Origin: Patescibacteria group bacterium
GTDB lineage: Bacteria > Patescibacteriota > Patescibacteriia > UBA9570
Assembly (NCBI GenBank): GCA_041660305.1
Contig: JBAZWO010000001.1
Location: 113,909 to 177,908 of the forward strand
Length of the DNA: 64,000 nt
Direction of reading: 5' to 3'
A program made the position numbers and the translations under genes. Within the stretch, counting starts at the first letter, position 1; every line of letters starts with the position of its first letter. The notes beneath the pieces were generated by a model. The model did no database searches. It worked only from the letters and a program-made list of their open reading frames with translations, and had not been told where the DNA came from. Below, in pieces: positions 1-7,691 of this stretch.

Positions 1-27
1 TTGGGCGGAATGCCCGTGACATCCTTC

Positions 28-732
28 TTACCGGTTGGTTCCCGGAAAAGAAGGAGTTGTCATCATCGCTGCCTGGCCGCCGGTGTTGACATCGCCACCA
101 TTTGCAGTCACTAATGGCTGCTTCATGTGGGTCAGCCCGTACGTGAGCAAACCTGTCGCGATGACCACCCCGGTCGTGATGATTGCGGGCCGGACCCAGG
201 AGCGGTTCCGGCGTGGGGGCTCGTCGGCGGGCAGATCGGCGCCGAGGTCGGGGACGTCGTCGTTCCGGACGGGGGTCTCGGCGAACGTGAATGCCGGCAT
301 GGAGATACCGGTGGAGGATCCGTCAGCACTATGATTATAGTACTTGAACGTTCCACCACTTGCGTTCCCCGATCCGGCCACATCCGCCGCCCTTTGCGCT
401 GCGAGCAGGCTCGCCGTGGCCTCTAGGCACTTTGCCGAGCTGGTCATACCGAGCCCGACGACCTCACCACCTCTCATCAAGGCGGCTTGGAGTGCCTTGT
501 TGGCCTCTTCCTCACTCCGCAAACAGGCGCCCTGCATCTCGAGTACCGTCAAGTCACCCGAGGGAAGGGCTCGTACCCCGCCCGGCATGCTGTAGCCATA
601 GCCAGTGGGGAGGGTCGGGAGAGGCTGAGCGGCCACCGGAGCAGAATTCTGTGCAAAAACAGAGAACTGAACCGCCATCATGATAACGCCCACGATGGCA
701 CAAGCGACGATCAGACTGATCGACTTTTTCAT
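28..732 (-). CDS. Hypothetical exported/membrane protein (signal peptide plus C-terminal TM), GC-rich island 1
   Basis: 234-aa ORF; N-terminal MKKSISLIVACAIVG...VFA signal-like segment; hydrophobic IITTGVVIATGLLTYGL near the C-terminus; SD AAGGAG upstream. Confidence 0.75.
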   Translation of the reverse strand: MKKSISLIVACAIVGVIMMAVQFSVFAQNSAPVAAQPLPTLPTGYGYSMPGGVRALPSGDLTVLEMQGACLRSEEEANKALQAALMRGGEVVGLGMTSSAKCLEATASLLAAQRAADVAGSGNASGGTFKYYNHSADGSSTGISMPAFTFAETPVRNDDVPDLGADLPADEPPRRNRSWVRPAIITTGVVIATGLLTYGLTHMKQPLVTANGGDVNTGGQAAMMTTPSFPGTNR

Positions 733-881
733 AACTCAATCTCCTTGATTTTCTGAAAGCCAGCGACCTCGATGGTCGTGTGATACTTCAGGATGAATAC
801 CTGAGGCCGCTGGCAGATTTTACCGAGAAAAACTGGAATCGGACTGCCCACTTCTACGGTGTGGGCAAAAACCGTGCGGCC

Positions 882-1466
882 TTAGCGCGCCGCAGGTGTC
901 GTCGCCGGAATGCCCGATGCACAGAAACTGTAGTAACCGTTTTGACCGGCCGCTACAAGTCCTGCTGCGAGCTTCTCACACAGAGTGAGCGGCTTGGCTT
1001 TGACCACCACGTGCTTTTTGGGCGGGCGCTTGGTGGTTTCGGCCGGCTTCTCGACTTCTTCGGGGGCGGGGGTAGGCTTGGAACAGTCTGTACCGCAGTT
1101 GACGTTGACCACGGTTGTCCCGGGCGGTACGATGGTCGTCGTTCCAGTAGGAGTCGCAGTGGTGGTCGGAGCGGGCGGCTGGCTGGAGCTGGCTCCCGTC
1201 GCTTCCGGTGCCGGAGTCTCCTCCGGTCCGTAGAGCTTGAGAGCGCTCTCGGCTTCCTGCTTCCAGGAGCTTGCCTTCGCCTCCGCCGCTTTCTTCTCAG
1301 CCAAACGCTCGCGCGCCTGGGCGAGAGGCCCGGTGGGCTCACCGGTTACCTCGGCCGCCGAGGCTGCGCCGTTCTTGTCGAGCCAGCGCCCGGCGTACTT
1401 ACCAAGATTCAACGCACCAAAAACGATGATGATGATGATGAGAATAGCTGTGATTCCGCGAAACAT
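882..1466 (-). CDS. Hypothetical N-terminally anchored Pro/Thr/Ala-rich protein, GC-rich island 1
   Basis: Start moved to ATG 1466 (MFRGITAILIIIII...) because GGAGG precedes it; TM anchor, coiled segment, P/T-rich linker, two Cys pairs. Confidence 0.7.
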   Translation of the reverse strand: MFRGITAILIIIIIVFGALNLGKYAGRWLDKNGAASAAEVTGEPTGPLAQARERLAEKKAAEAKASSWKQEAESALKLYGPEETPAPEATGASSSQPPAPTTTATPTGTTTIVPPGTTVVNVNCGTDCSKPTPAPEEVEKPAETTKRPPKKHVVVKAKPLTLCEKLAAGLVAAGQNGYYSFCASGIPATTPAAR

Positions 1467-1491
1467 AGTGAACCTCCAAATCTGAACGGTG

Positions 1492-2319
1492 TTAAGCCAG
1501 GAAATACATACCAATTAAGAACGCCGCGATCCCGGCAAGAATCGCAATGATCGCCCACTGCTCGTTGGTCACCGCATCGATTCCGGTTTTAGCCGGAATG
1601 GCGGGCTGAGCGGGCGGGATCTCGATCTTGACGACCGCGGTTGCTGGCTCGGGATCCGGCTTGGCCTTCTTGGCTTCTTCGAGTTGCTTACGCAACTCTG
1701 CCAACTCGGCCTCACGCCGACTTTCCGTTGCCTTACGCGCGATCTCAGCTTCTGTCGCCTTCCGATCCGCTTCCACCTTCTGGAGCCGCTCACGCAGCTC
1801 CTTGGTTTCAGCTTCGGCTTGCTCGCGCGCCGCTTTTTCCTCGGCCAGCTTGCGCTGTGCCTCGGGTTCGGTCTGAACCGGATGCACGGACTCGCGGTCC
1901 TTGCGGAGAACGGAGAACCGGCCGGCAGAGCGGGGAGTCGACTCCTCAGGGGCAGGGGTGGGCTCGGATTTTCCCATCACGCTCTCCCGCACCTTCTTGG
2001 TATCAACGGTCTTGAACAACTCCTCCAGATGGAGGGCGTCACCGTCAATGACCTTGAAGGAAGCGGGAGGTGCGGTAACGGGCGTTTCCGAAGTGAACGT
2101 TGAAATCATTTCGTCCGCCCTTACCTCGGCCTTGCAGCCATAGCTGGTTCGCTTGTTGGCGTGTTCAACCGACAGTTTGCCTTCATCCGTGAAGATGATA
2201 TGGCTTTCCGTACGGTCTGCGTCCAACAGAACGATCAGCAGCACTGCGAACTCGATGGCCGAAGGGGTGTAACCCTCCGGCAGTGCGCGGACGACTTTTC
2301 CGACTGTCAACGAACTCAT
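1492..2319 (-). CDS. Hypothetical coiled-coil protein with C-terminal TM anchor, GC-rich island 1
   Basis: Start moved to ATG 2319 (MSSLTVGK) after AAGGAGG; E/K/A/R-rich coil; terminal WAIIAILAGIAAFLIGMYFLA. Confidence 0.75.
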   Translation of the reverse strand: MSSLTVGKVVRALPEGYTPSAIEFAVLLIVLLDADRTESHIIFTDEGKLSVEHANKRTSYGCKAEVRADEMISTFTSETPVTAPPASFKVIDGDALHLEELFKTVDTKKVRESVMGKSEPTPAPEESTPRSAGRFSVLRKDRESVHPVQTEPEAQRKLAEEKAAREQAEAETKELRERLQKVEADRKATEAEIARKATESRREAELAELRKQLEEAKKAKPDPEPATAVVKIEIPPAQPAIPAKTGIDAVTNEQWAIIAILAGIAAFLIGMYFLA

Positions 2320-2506
2320 GATAGACCTCCTTTTACTGTAAGAACCTGCCTCCAATCCGCGGATTTGCGGATGGAGGCTACGTTGATTGAACATGTTGCA
2401 CTAAGCTAGTGATATCCTAGAATCTAAGATACCGTTAGCTTAGTACAGACATGCTCTGTAAAAACTTTTTTCATATATTTGCCTATTGTGTGTTGTCAAA
2501 GTACAT

Positions 2507-2535
2507 CCGCCTACGCCCCTTGCGGGACTTCGGCG
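2507..2535. repeat. Short CCGCC...GGCG palindromic repeat (related units at about 2697-2747 and 9138-9173)
   Basis: Imperfect palindromes CCGCCTACG...CTTCGGCG, CCCGCCGTAG...AAGGACGTAGGGGGG and CCCGCCTGCC...GGCGGGCAGG. Confidence 0.4.
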
Positions 2536-2567
2536 AGACGCGTCCGATTATCTCCCTCTTCCTCCTC

Positions 2568-2612
2568 TCCCCCTTCTCCTAAATTAGGAGAAGGGGGTCG
2601 GGGGGTTGAGGT
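2568..2612. repeat. Half copy of the C-rich/G-rich palindromic element (DUF559-associated family)
   Basis: CCCCCTTCTCCTAAATTAGGAGAAGGGGGTCGGGGGGTTGAGGT. Confidence 0.75.
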
Positions 2613-2760
2613 GTTTATATCGAACTGTCAGGGATAGATACAAGCATAAGCCTATATCCATCCATCTGACAGCTCAATACAATCCATCCAGCTGCTTGCC
2701 CGCCGTAGTCCTTCGTAGCTTTTAGCGGAGAAGGACGTAGGGGGGACAGCTCGGTACAAG

Positions 2761-2858
2761 CAACCTACCCTACCTCCCGGCCTCCTCCCCTCTAAAGGGA
2801 GGAGGAGAATTTCTCCCCTCCCTCTTTATAGGAGGGAGGGGCCGGGGGTGGAAGGTAG
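2761..2858. repeat. Full double-hairpin copy of the DUF559-associated element
   Basis: CAACCTACC...CCTCCTCCCCTCTAAAGGGAGGAGGAG, short spacer, CCCCTCCCTCTTTATAGGAGGGAGGGG...GGTAG. Confidence 0.8.
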
Positions 2859-2990
2859 AATGAAAAAGGCGCATTCTCGCGATCTACTAGGACGCAATTC
2901 TGACCACCGTTTACATCTATATATATTGTATATAGCTGGGAGCGGCTGCTAAATTGCTAGATCGTATTGAAAATACGCCTTTTTCACTCT

Positions 2991-3028
2991 TCTCCCTCCC
3001 TTTGCAGGGGAGGGTTGGGGTGGGGTCT
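2991..3028. repeat. Degenerate half copy of the DUF559-associated element
   Basis: CCCTCCCTTTGCAGGGGAGGGTTGGGGTGGGGTCT. Confidence 0.65.
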
Positions 3029-3066
3029 GTAATTATCGGGTCCTAGACCGATAAAGTTAATTATTG

Positions 3067-3112
3067 ATTTTAAAGAACTAAACACTATAATACTTTTTTA
3101 TGATTCTGTCAA
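3067..3112 (-). promoter_or_regulatory. Sigma70-type promoter for GC-rich island 1 with boxA-like motif near the start site
   Basis: Minus strand TTGACA (3112-3107), 17 nt, TATAGT (3089-3084), then GTTCTTTAAAAT. Confidence 0.6.
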
Positions 3113-3228
3113 TAGCCTGGGAATGGTGGGCTGTGGATATCACAAAAAATACCTAAAAATAGCAATTTTTGACCAACCTAGAAATTTTTGCTATTATCCT
3201 TTTGTCCAACCACAATTAATTATTAATT

Positions 3229-3684
3229 ATGGTTTTTATGCAAGTACAGCCGGTGAATATTAGCCCAACCAATGCCGATTTAATGTTGGCTATCCAACAA
3301 AATAATCGGAAATTAGATCAGCACATTAAAGAATCCGATACTAATCGTATGGAAATTTTATTGGCAATTAACGGTTTTGCTAATTATATGCAAGATAACA
3401 TGGTTACCAAAGAAGAATTTGGCGTAGTAAAACAAGATGTATCAGTGCTCAAACAAGATGTATCGACATTAAAACAAGATGTTAGTGAATTAAAACAGAA
3501 TGTAGCGGTATTAAATAAAAAAGCTAATGATACCGAAATTATTTTAGATGGCATTGCTACCAATGTTCATACCATTCAAACCGATCATTCTTTTGCCATT
3601 GAATGGCTAAAAAGCCATGATAAAAAATTAGACACGCATGAAGCTGACATTAAAAACTTACAGTTTCAATTAGGTTCGATTTGA
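3229..3684 (+). CDS. Coiled-coil heptad-repeat protein
   Basis: 151-aa ORF with 21-bp tandem units encoding KQDVSVL/KQDVSTL/KQDVSEL/KQNVAVL; EILLAINGFA and MVTK motifs resemble the genes at 33066 and 35660. Confidence 0.8.
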   Translation: MVFMQVQPVNISPTNADLMLAIQQNNRKLDQHIKESDTNRMEILLAINGFANYMQDNMVTKEEFGVVKQDVSVLKQDVSTLKQDVSELKQNVAVLNKKANDTEIILDGIATNVHTIQTDHSFAIEWLKSHDKKLDTHEADIKNLQFQLGSI

Positions 3685-3694
3685 AATACAGCTA

Positions 3695-3799
3695 GAATCA
3701 CAGATGGCGCAGATAAAATGCTGATTGCACAGATAAATTCAATTAATTAATTGTATTATCTGTGCTATCAGAAATTAATATCTGTGTAATCTGTGATTC
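3695..3799. repeat. CACAGAT/ATCTGTG inverted-repeat element (partial copies at 10101-10142 and 59689-59734)
   Basis: GAATCACAGAT...GCACAGATAA, AT spacer, TTATCTGTGC...ATCTGTGATTC forms a long imperfect hairpin. Confidence 0.7.
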
Positions 3800-3810
3800 A
3801 AGCATTTTGA

Positions 3811-3848
3811 CCACATTATTCTATATTTGTCAATATATACGAGTGTTA
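3811..3848. repeat. 38-bp direct repeat, copy 1 (copy 2 at 9343-9380)
   Basis: CCACATTATTCTATATTTGTCAATATATACGAGTGTTA vs CCATATTATTGTATATTTGTCAATATATACGTGTGTTA; 3 mismatches. Confidence 0.85.
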
Positions 3849-3849
3849 A

Positions 3850-3970
3850 GACGTAAAAAAACTCGCTAATCACTGGTATAAAGAATCGGAACATAGTTGG
3901 GATGTAGTTTTTTGAAATTATCAATGAGTTTTATTTATGGCTAAAAAAAGAATACTCCCAAAGGCAATAA
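3850..3970 (+). pseudogene. HEPN gene remnant (start codon and core missing)
   Basis: DVKKLANHWYKESEHSWDVVF* followed in another frame by FEIINEFYLWLKKEYSQRQ*, which overlaps the MNT start; parallels the remnant at 32571-32761. Confidence 0.6.
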
Positions 3971-4266
3971 GCCCATACGTTACAGCGTATTTAACTGTGT
4001 TAAAGGAACAACGTAAATTACCAATTACGGCCGCTTATGTATTTGGTTCGTGGTCAAAAGGCACACAACACGAAGATAGTGATATTGACATGTGTATAAT
4101 TTCACCAAAATTAACCGGCTGGATGAGAAGAGTAGATAAATTATCACCTGTGCCCTACTCTGATTTATTTATTATCGAACCACATGGTTTCACCCCCAAA
4201 GAATTTGACCCAAAAACAGACCCCTTAGCCTACGAGATTGTGAAGTATGGGATTAGGGTGATTTAG
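3937..4266 (+). CDS. Minimal nucleotidyltransferase (MNT), orphan antitoxin-like
   Basis: Motif AYVFGSWSKG...DSDIDMCII. Confidence 0.85.
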   Translation: MAKKRILPKAISPYVTAYLTVLKEQRKLPITAAYVFGSWSKGTQHEDSDIDMCIISPKLTGWMRRVDKLSPVPYSDLFIIEPHGFTPKEFDPKTDPLAYEIVKYGIRVI

Positions 4267-4319
4267 AATAATAATTCTCAGTGATTCAAACATTCAGTAA
4301 AACATGTTACAATATAAGT

Positions 4320-4607
4320 ATGGATAAAGATATGTTAATAAAAACAGTTGTTCAGCTTATTCAGCATGAGCTACCCAATAATTATCGTGTTATATTGTTC
4401 GGTTCCTGGGCAAAAGGTAATGCCCTGCCTGCCTCCGATATGGATTTCGGCATTATTGGTGAACAAGCCTTGCCTTGGGAAAAATATTTATCAATAAAAA
4501 GACAACTAGATAGCATTCCTACGTTGCGCAGTATCGATTTAGTAGATATGAATAGAGTAGATGAACATTTTAAAAAAAATGCCCTGGCATATGCTCAATA
4601 TTTATAA
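4320..4607 (+). CDS. Minimal nucleotidyltransferase (MntA-like antitoxin)
   Basis: Motif LFGSWAKG...SDMDFGI and IDLVD; start moved to ATG 4320. Confidence 0.85.
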   Translation: MDKDMLIKTVVQLIQHELPNNYRVILFGSWAKGNALPASDMDFGIIGEQALPWEKYLSIKRQLDSIPTLRSIDLVDMNRVDEHFKKNALAYAQYL

Positions 4608-4615
4608 ATAATATT

Positions 4616-4987
4616 ATGCGAGAAATTATTGAATCTTTCGAACAATCCATTAATCGATTAAAAGAAATTTTGCAAGAACAACCAACGATTGCTAATCGTG
4701 ATTCGGCTATTAAGCGTTTTGAATTAACTTGCGAGTTAGCTTGGAAATCATTACAAAAATATTTACGTGAAGAAAAAATTCTTTGTTATTCACCAAAAGA
4801 TTGTTTAAAACAAGCTTTTAAGCTTAATTTAATTCAAGATGATGAACGTTGGTTAAATATGATTGAAGATAGAAATTTATCCGTTCACGTGTATGATGAG
4901 TCTTTTGCCATAGAACTTTATAAGCGTTTACCAAATTACCTGTCTATATTTGAACAGTTATTAAAAACTTTTAAATCGAAATTGTGA
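4616..4987 (+). CDS. HI0074-family HEPN protein (HepT-like RNase toxin)
   Basis: RDSAIKRFELTCELAWK and the RX4HXY motif RNLSVHVY; directly follows an MNT. Confidence 0.85.
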   Translation: MREIIESFEQSINRLKEILQEQPTIANRDSAIKRFELTCELAWKSLQKYLREEKILCYSPKDCLKQAFKLNLIQDDERWLNMIEDRNLSVHVYDESFAIELYKRLPNYLSIFEQLLKTFKSKL

Positions 4988-5015
4988 AGTGCGAGATTAA
5001 AGTGTTTCAATTATA

Positions 5016-5079
5016 AAACCCCACTAGACTGTATAGATGCAACTCTGTGCAATCTAGCCTAGTGGGGGTTTATTTTTTT
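5016..5079. terminator. Probable bidirectional intrinsic terminator between convergent genes
   Basis: AAAACCCCACTAG...CTAGTGGGGGTTT stem followed by a T-rich tract. Confidence 0.6.
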
Positions 5080-5222
5080 ATTATTCCGCTAACCTCATCT
5101 TAAACTTATTGAAAGATAAAGTTACTGGGATATGGCTCAATTCGTCGTGTACAAGTACAGACAAGGCTGAGCCGGAACCTTAGAAAGGAACAAAGAGGAT
5201 TTTTTGGAAAAAAGGCCGCCGG

Positions 5223-5966
5223 CTACTGGCTGCGGCGCAGACGGATCTCGATCCGTCGCCGCGCCTGGTCATTCCGCTGTTTGGTAGTCCCGGTCGCGAG
5301 AGAACCATCAGGCATCTGGGTCTGACCGGCCGATAGCGGCAACACCTGCAGTTTGCCACCCGTGATACGAGTGTCATTCAGCAGGAACTTGGCCACCGTC
5401 ACGGCTCGGGACAAACCCAGATCAGCGTTCGACCCTAAGGCCACGATCTCGTTGGCTTGTCCACTCAAGAACAGGAGCAAGTCCCGATCGAGAGTGGACA
5501 TCTTTCCGTACATAACCGTTTCGTCGGTATGTCCGACTACTTCGATTATGTCCGTGCCATAGGTCGCGGCCAACGTCAGAATTTGCGGGACGATCTTATC
5601 CCGCAGCTTTGCCTCGAAAGTGGCATCAACGTCCGCAGATCCGGACGTGAACGACCAACCACCCGCTTCGGACAGCGCGATGATGGGAGGCTGATCGTTC
5701 TTGGCCTCGGCCTGAAGCTTCTTCAACTTCTCGGCGTCCATGCCGAGTTTTTTTAGCTCCTCGGCCATGGCGCACACCTGCGCCTCGAGCTTTTTGTTTC
5801 TCTCGACGACCTCCTGTGAGGTCGTTTTTGCCAGGTTCTCCTGCAGCCGGTTGGCGTTGGCTGCAAGGATCATGTTTCCTATCATGGAAAGTGTTAGCAA
5901 AAGCAGAAGCACTTCCCAGCCCATGAGCGACTGGAGAAGTGCAGTGTTTCGTTGGTGTGCTGCCAT
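5223..5966 (-). CDS. MotB/ZorB-like protein: one TM, coiled stalk, OmpA-like peptidoglycan-binding domain
   Basis: TM GWEVLLLLLTLSMIG with an acidic residue; FTSGSA, IEVVGHTD, NADLGLSRA and RRRIEIRL match OmpA/MotB C-domain motifs. Confidence 0.85.
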   Translation of the reverse strand: MAAHQRNTALLQSLMGWEVLLLLLTLSMIGNMILAANANRLQENLAKTTSQEVVERNKKLEAQVCAMAEELKKLGMDAEKLKKLQAEAKNDQPPIIALSEAGGWSFTSGSADVDATFEAKLRDKIVPQILTLAATYGTDIIEVVGHTDETVMYGKMSTLDRDLLLFLSGQANEIVALGSNADLGLSRAVTVAKFLLNDTRITGGKLQVLPLSAGQTQMPDGSLATGTTKQRNDQARRRIEIRLRRSQ

Positions 5967-6616
5967 TAATTTTTCCCCCCAGCATTCTGGTCAGGGAAAA
6001 AATCATTCAGATCCACCAACAACTTTCCAATTCCCGCGACCAGTACCCGGAACGCCTCGAGATCACCATTGAGCGCGTCCGAGTTCAGACGAGCTCGAGA
6101 CAACGACGTCCGCAATGCTTCCACCTCGGCCGTCACCGCTCCGATATTGCCGCTCCCGCCACCAACATTGCCCGTGTTACCACCACCACTTGCCGATCCG
6201 CCTCCGGAAAGCCCATCGATATAGTTTAGGGCCACCATACAGGTGAGCCCTATTGCCACCGACATCAGACCCTCCATCAGTGGAGCAACGATCTGACCGA
6301 CGGGCATGTCGGTCAGAGCTTTTGTTTTTACCCCGTCGAACACGATCCCCAAGGAAACTGCAAGAGCAGCAACCAGAGAGATAATGCCAATGGCTTGAAC
6401 CAAGGTAGCCACGGCGGTCAGTTGGACAGGATATTCCGTAGGGTCGTTTCTCAAAAACCACCTAACAGAAGTCACTGTGATAAAGATCATTCCCCCGAAT
6501 GCGGCTATGGGGAAGAGAACCTTCATCACGTTCAGGCTGCCAGAGAACCAGGACACGAGGAGCGCGAGCACAATCGCCACGAGAACTGGCAGCACTCGCC
6601 GAATGAGAAACTTCAT
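5966..6616 (-). CDS. MotA/ExbB/ZorA-like multi-pass membrane protein
   Basis: About four TM segments, EGLMSVAIGL resembling the MotA/TolQ/ExbB last-helix motif, Gly linker, short coil; stop overlaps the MotB-like start; SD AGGAGG. Confidence 0.6.
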   Translation of the reverse strand: MKFLIRRVLPVLVAIVLALLVSWFSGSLNVMKVLFPIAAFGGMIFITVTSVRWFLRNDPTEYPVQLTAVATLVQAIGIISLVAALAVSLGIVFDGVKTKALTDMPVGQIVAPLMEGLMSVAIGLTCMVALNYIDGLSGGGSASGGGNTGNVGGGSGNIGAVTAEVEALRTSLSRARLNSDALNGDLEAFRVLVAGIGKLLVDLNDFFPDQNAGGKN

Positions 6617-6624
6617 GTCACCTC

Positions 6625-7680
6625 CTACTTTTTGCCATCCGTGAGCAGCTTATTACCGAAATCTTGCGATCCGGAAGACAACTGCCCAGCGTATTTTGCC
6701 ATGTAGTCCTGTACCACCTTTTTTCCGGCCACACCGCCACCCTTGAGGGCGGCCAGAATGGCCATCACGGCCATGTCCCGAACTGCCTCGGACCCGTCCA
6801 AGATTCCGCACTGCCCACCGCCGGCTTTGGCGATGGCCTTGAAGTTCTCGAGCGCGAGAGGGCTACCCTCTTTGCACTCGGAATCCTCGGGATGCGGAAC
6901 GTGGAACGTGTGGATGATGACCTTGCTGTCGCGAAGAGTCTTGGCGACATCGGTCGCGACCCCGTTTGGAACGGGGTATCCTCGCTTCCGATAGTACACC
7001 AGTTCCTCTGCGCTGTGGGCACGGGCATCACCAATTATCAGCACCATGTCCACCACATCCTGCATCTGCACCACTTCGTTCAACCCGTATTCCAGAGCCT
7101 CGGGGTAAGGATATGGATCCTCTCCCCGCTCTCCACCGCCGGCCGCGTAGATACCGCGCAACCACTGCTTGATCTGGCCGGGGTCGTTTCTGAATCCGGA
7201 ACGCTCGATGATCTTGCTGTCACCATAGTCTCGATATGCGATAACCTCGACCTGAAGACGCTCTCCGGCCTGCTCTCTTGCCCGCATGACAATGTCATCC
7301 ATCTGATTCCGGACGCCATTGATGGTGGGTTGTTGAGAACCTGTGGCATCGATGAGGATCACGACCTTGCCCTCTTTCTGGGCCGAGGTCTGCTCTTCCT
7401 TCGCCTGCTGGCCTGCCTGCCGATACCGAGCCATACGATCTTCCTGAGACTCAGACAGCCGACCGACGGCGGTTGACTGAGGCTGCTGCCTGGCCACACC
7501 AGTTACGGTGCTTCCAGGCAGAGCCTTGGGCCCGCTGCCACTGCTGGAGCTCTGCTGGGCACTTCCCGGAGGAAGCGCGCGCTGAGGCTGCTGCTGGCCG
7601 CTGCTGCTTGCTGCTTGCTGCTCGGGGTTCTTTTTTTCTACGTCCTTGTCTCCACCACGAAGCTTGCTAAAAAGTCCCAT
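6625..7680 (-). CDS. von Willebrand factor A (vWA) domain protein with disordered N-terminus
   Basis: MIDAS motif LIDATGS plus IAYRDY, AAGGG...PEA and IIGDARAH; N-terminal MGLFSKLRGG and Q/S-rich linker; SD AAGGAG. Confidence 0.9.
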   Translation of the reverse strand: MGLFSKLRGGDKDVEKKNPEQQAASSSGQQQPQRALPPGSAQQSSSSGSGPKALPGSTVTGVARQQPQSTAVGRLSESQEDRMARYRQAGQQAKEEQTSAQKEGKVVILIDATGSQQPTINGVRNQMDDIVMRAREQAGERLQVEVIAYRDYGDSKIIERSGFRNDPGQIKQWLRGIYAAGGGERGEDPYPYPEALEYGLNEVVQMQDVVDMVLIIGDARAHSAEELVYYRKRGYPVPNGVATDVAKTLRDSKVIIHTFHVPHPEDSECKEGSPLALENFKAIAKAGGGQCGILDGSEAVRDMAVMAILAALKGGGVAGKKVVQDYMAKYAGQLSSGSQDFGNKLLTDGKK

Positions 7681-7691
7681 CGTTCATCTCC

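Noticed and set aside
780-1550. 256-aa plus-strand ORF and other overlapping ORFs in the GC-rich islands (e.g. 6664-7476)
   Set aside because: Antisense shadows of SD-led minus-strand genes, expected where high GC depletes stop codons
2330-3080. tRNA, tmRNA, RNase P or riboswitch in the long intergenic region
   Set aside because: No T-loop/D-loop or other recognisable consensus found by eye; kept only as an unclassified structured leader
5223-6616. Flagellar stator motAB or exbBD/tolQR
   Set aside because: No flagellar, TonB or Tol genes nearby; the B subunit has an OmpA-like domain (not ExbD) and the operon partners are vWA and J-domain proteins
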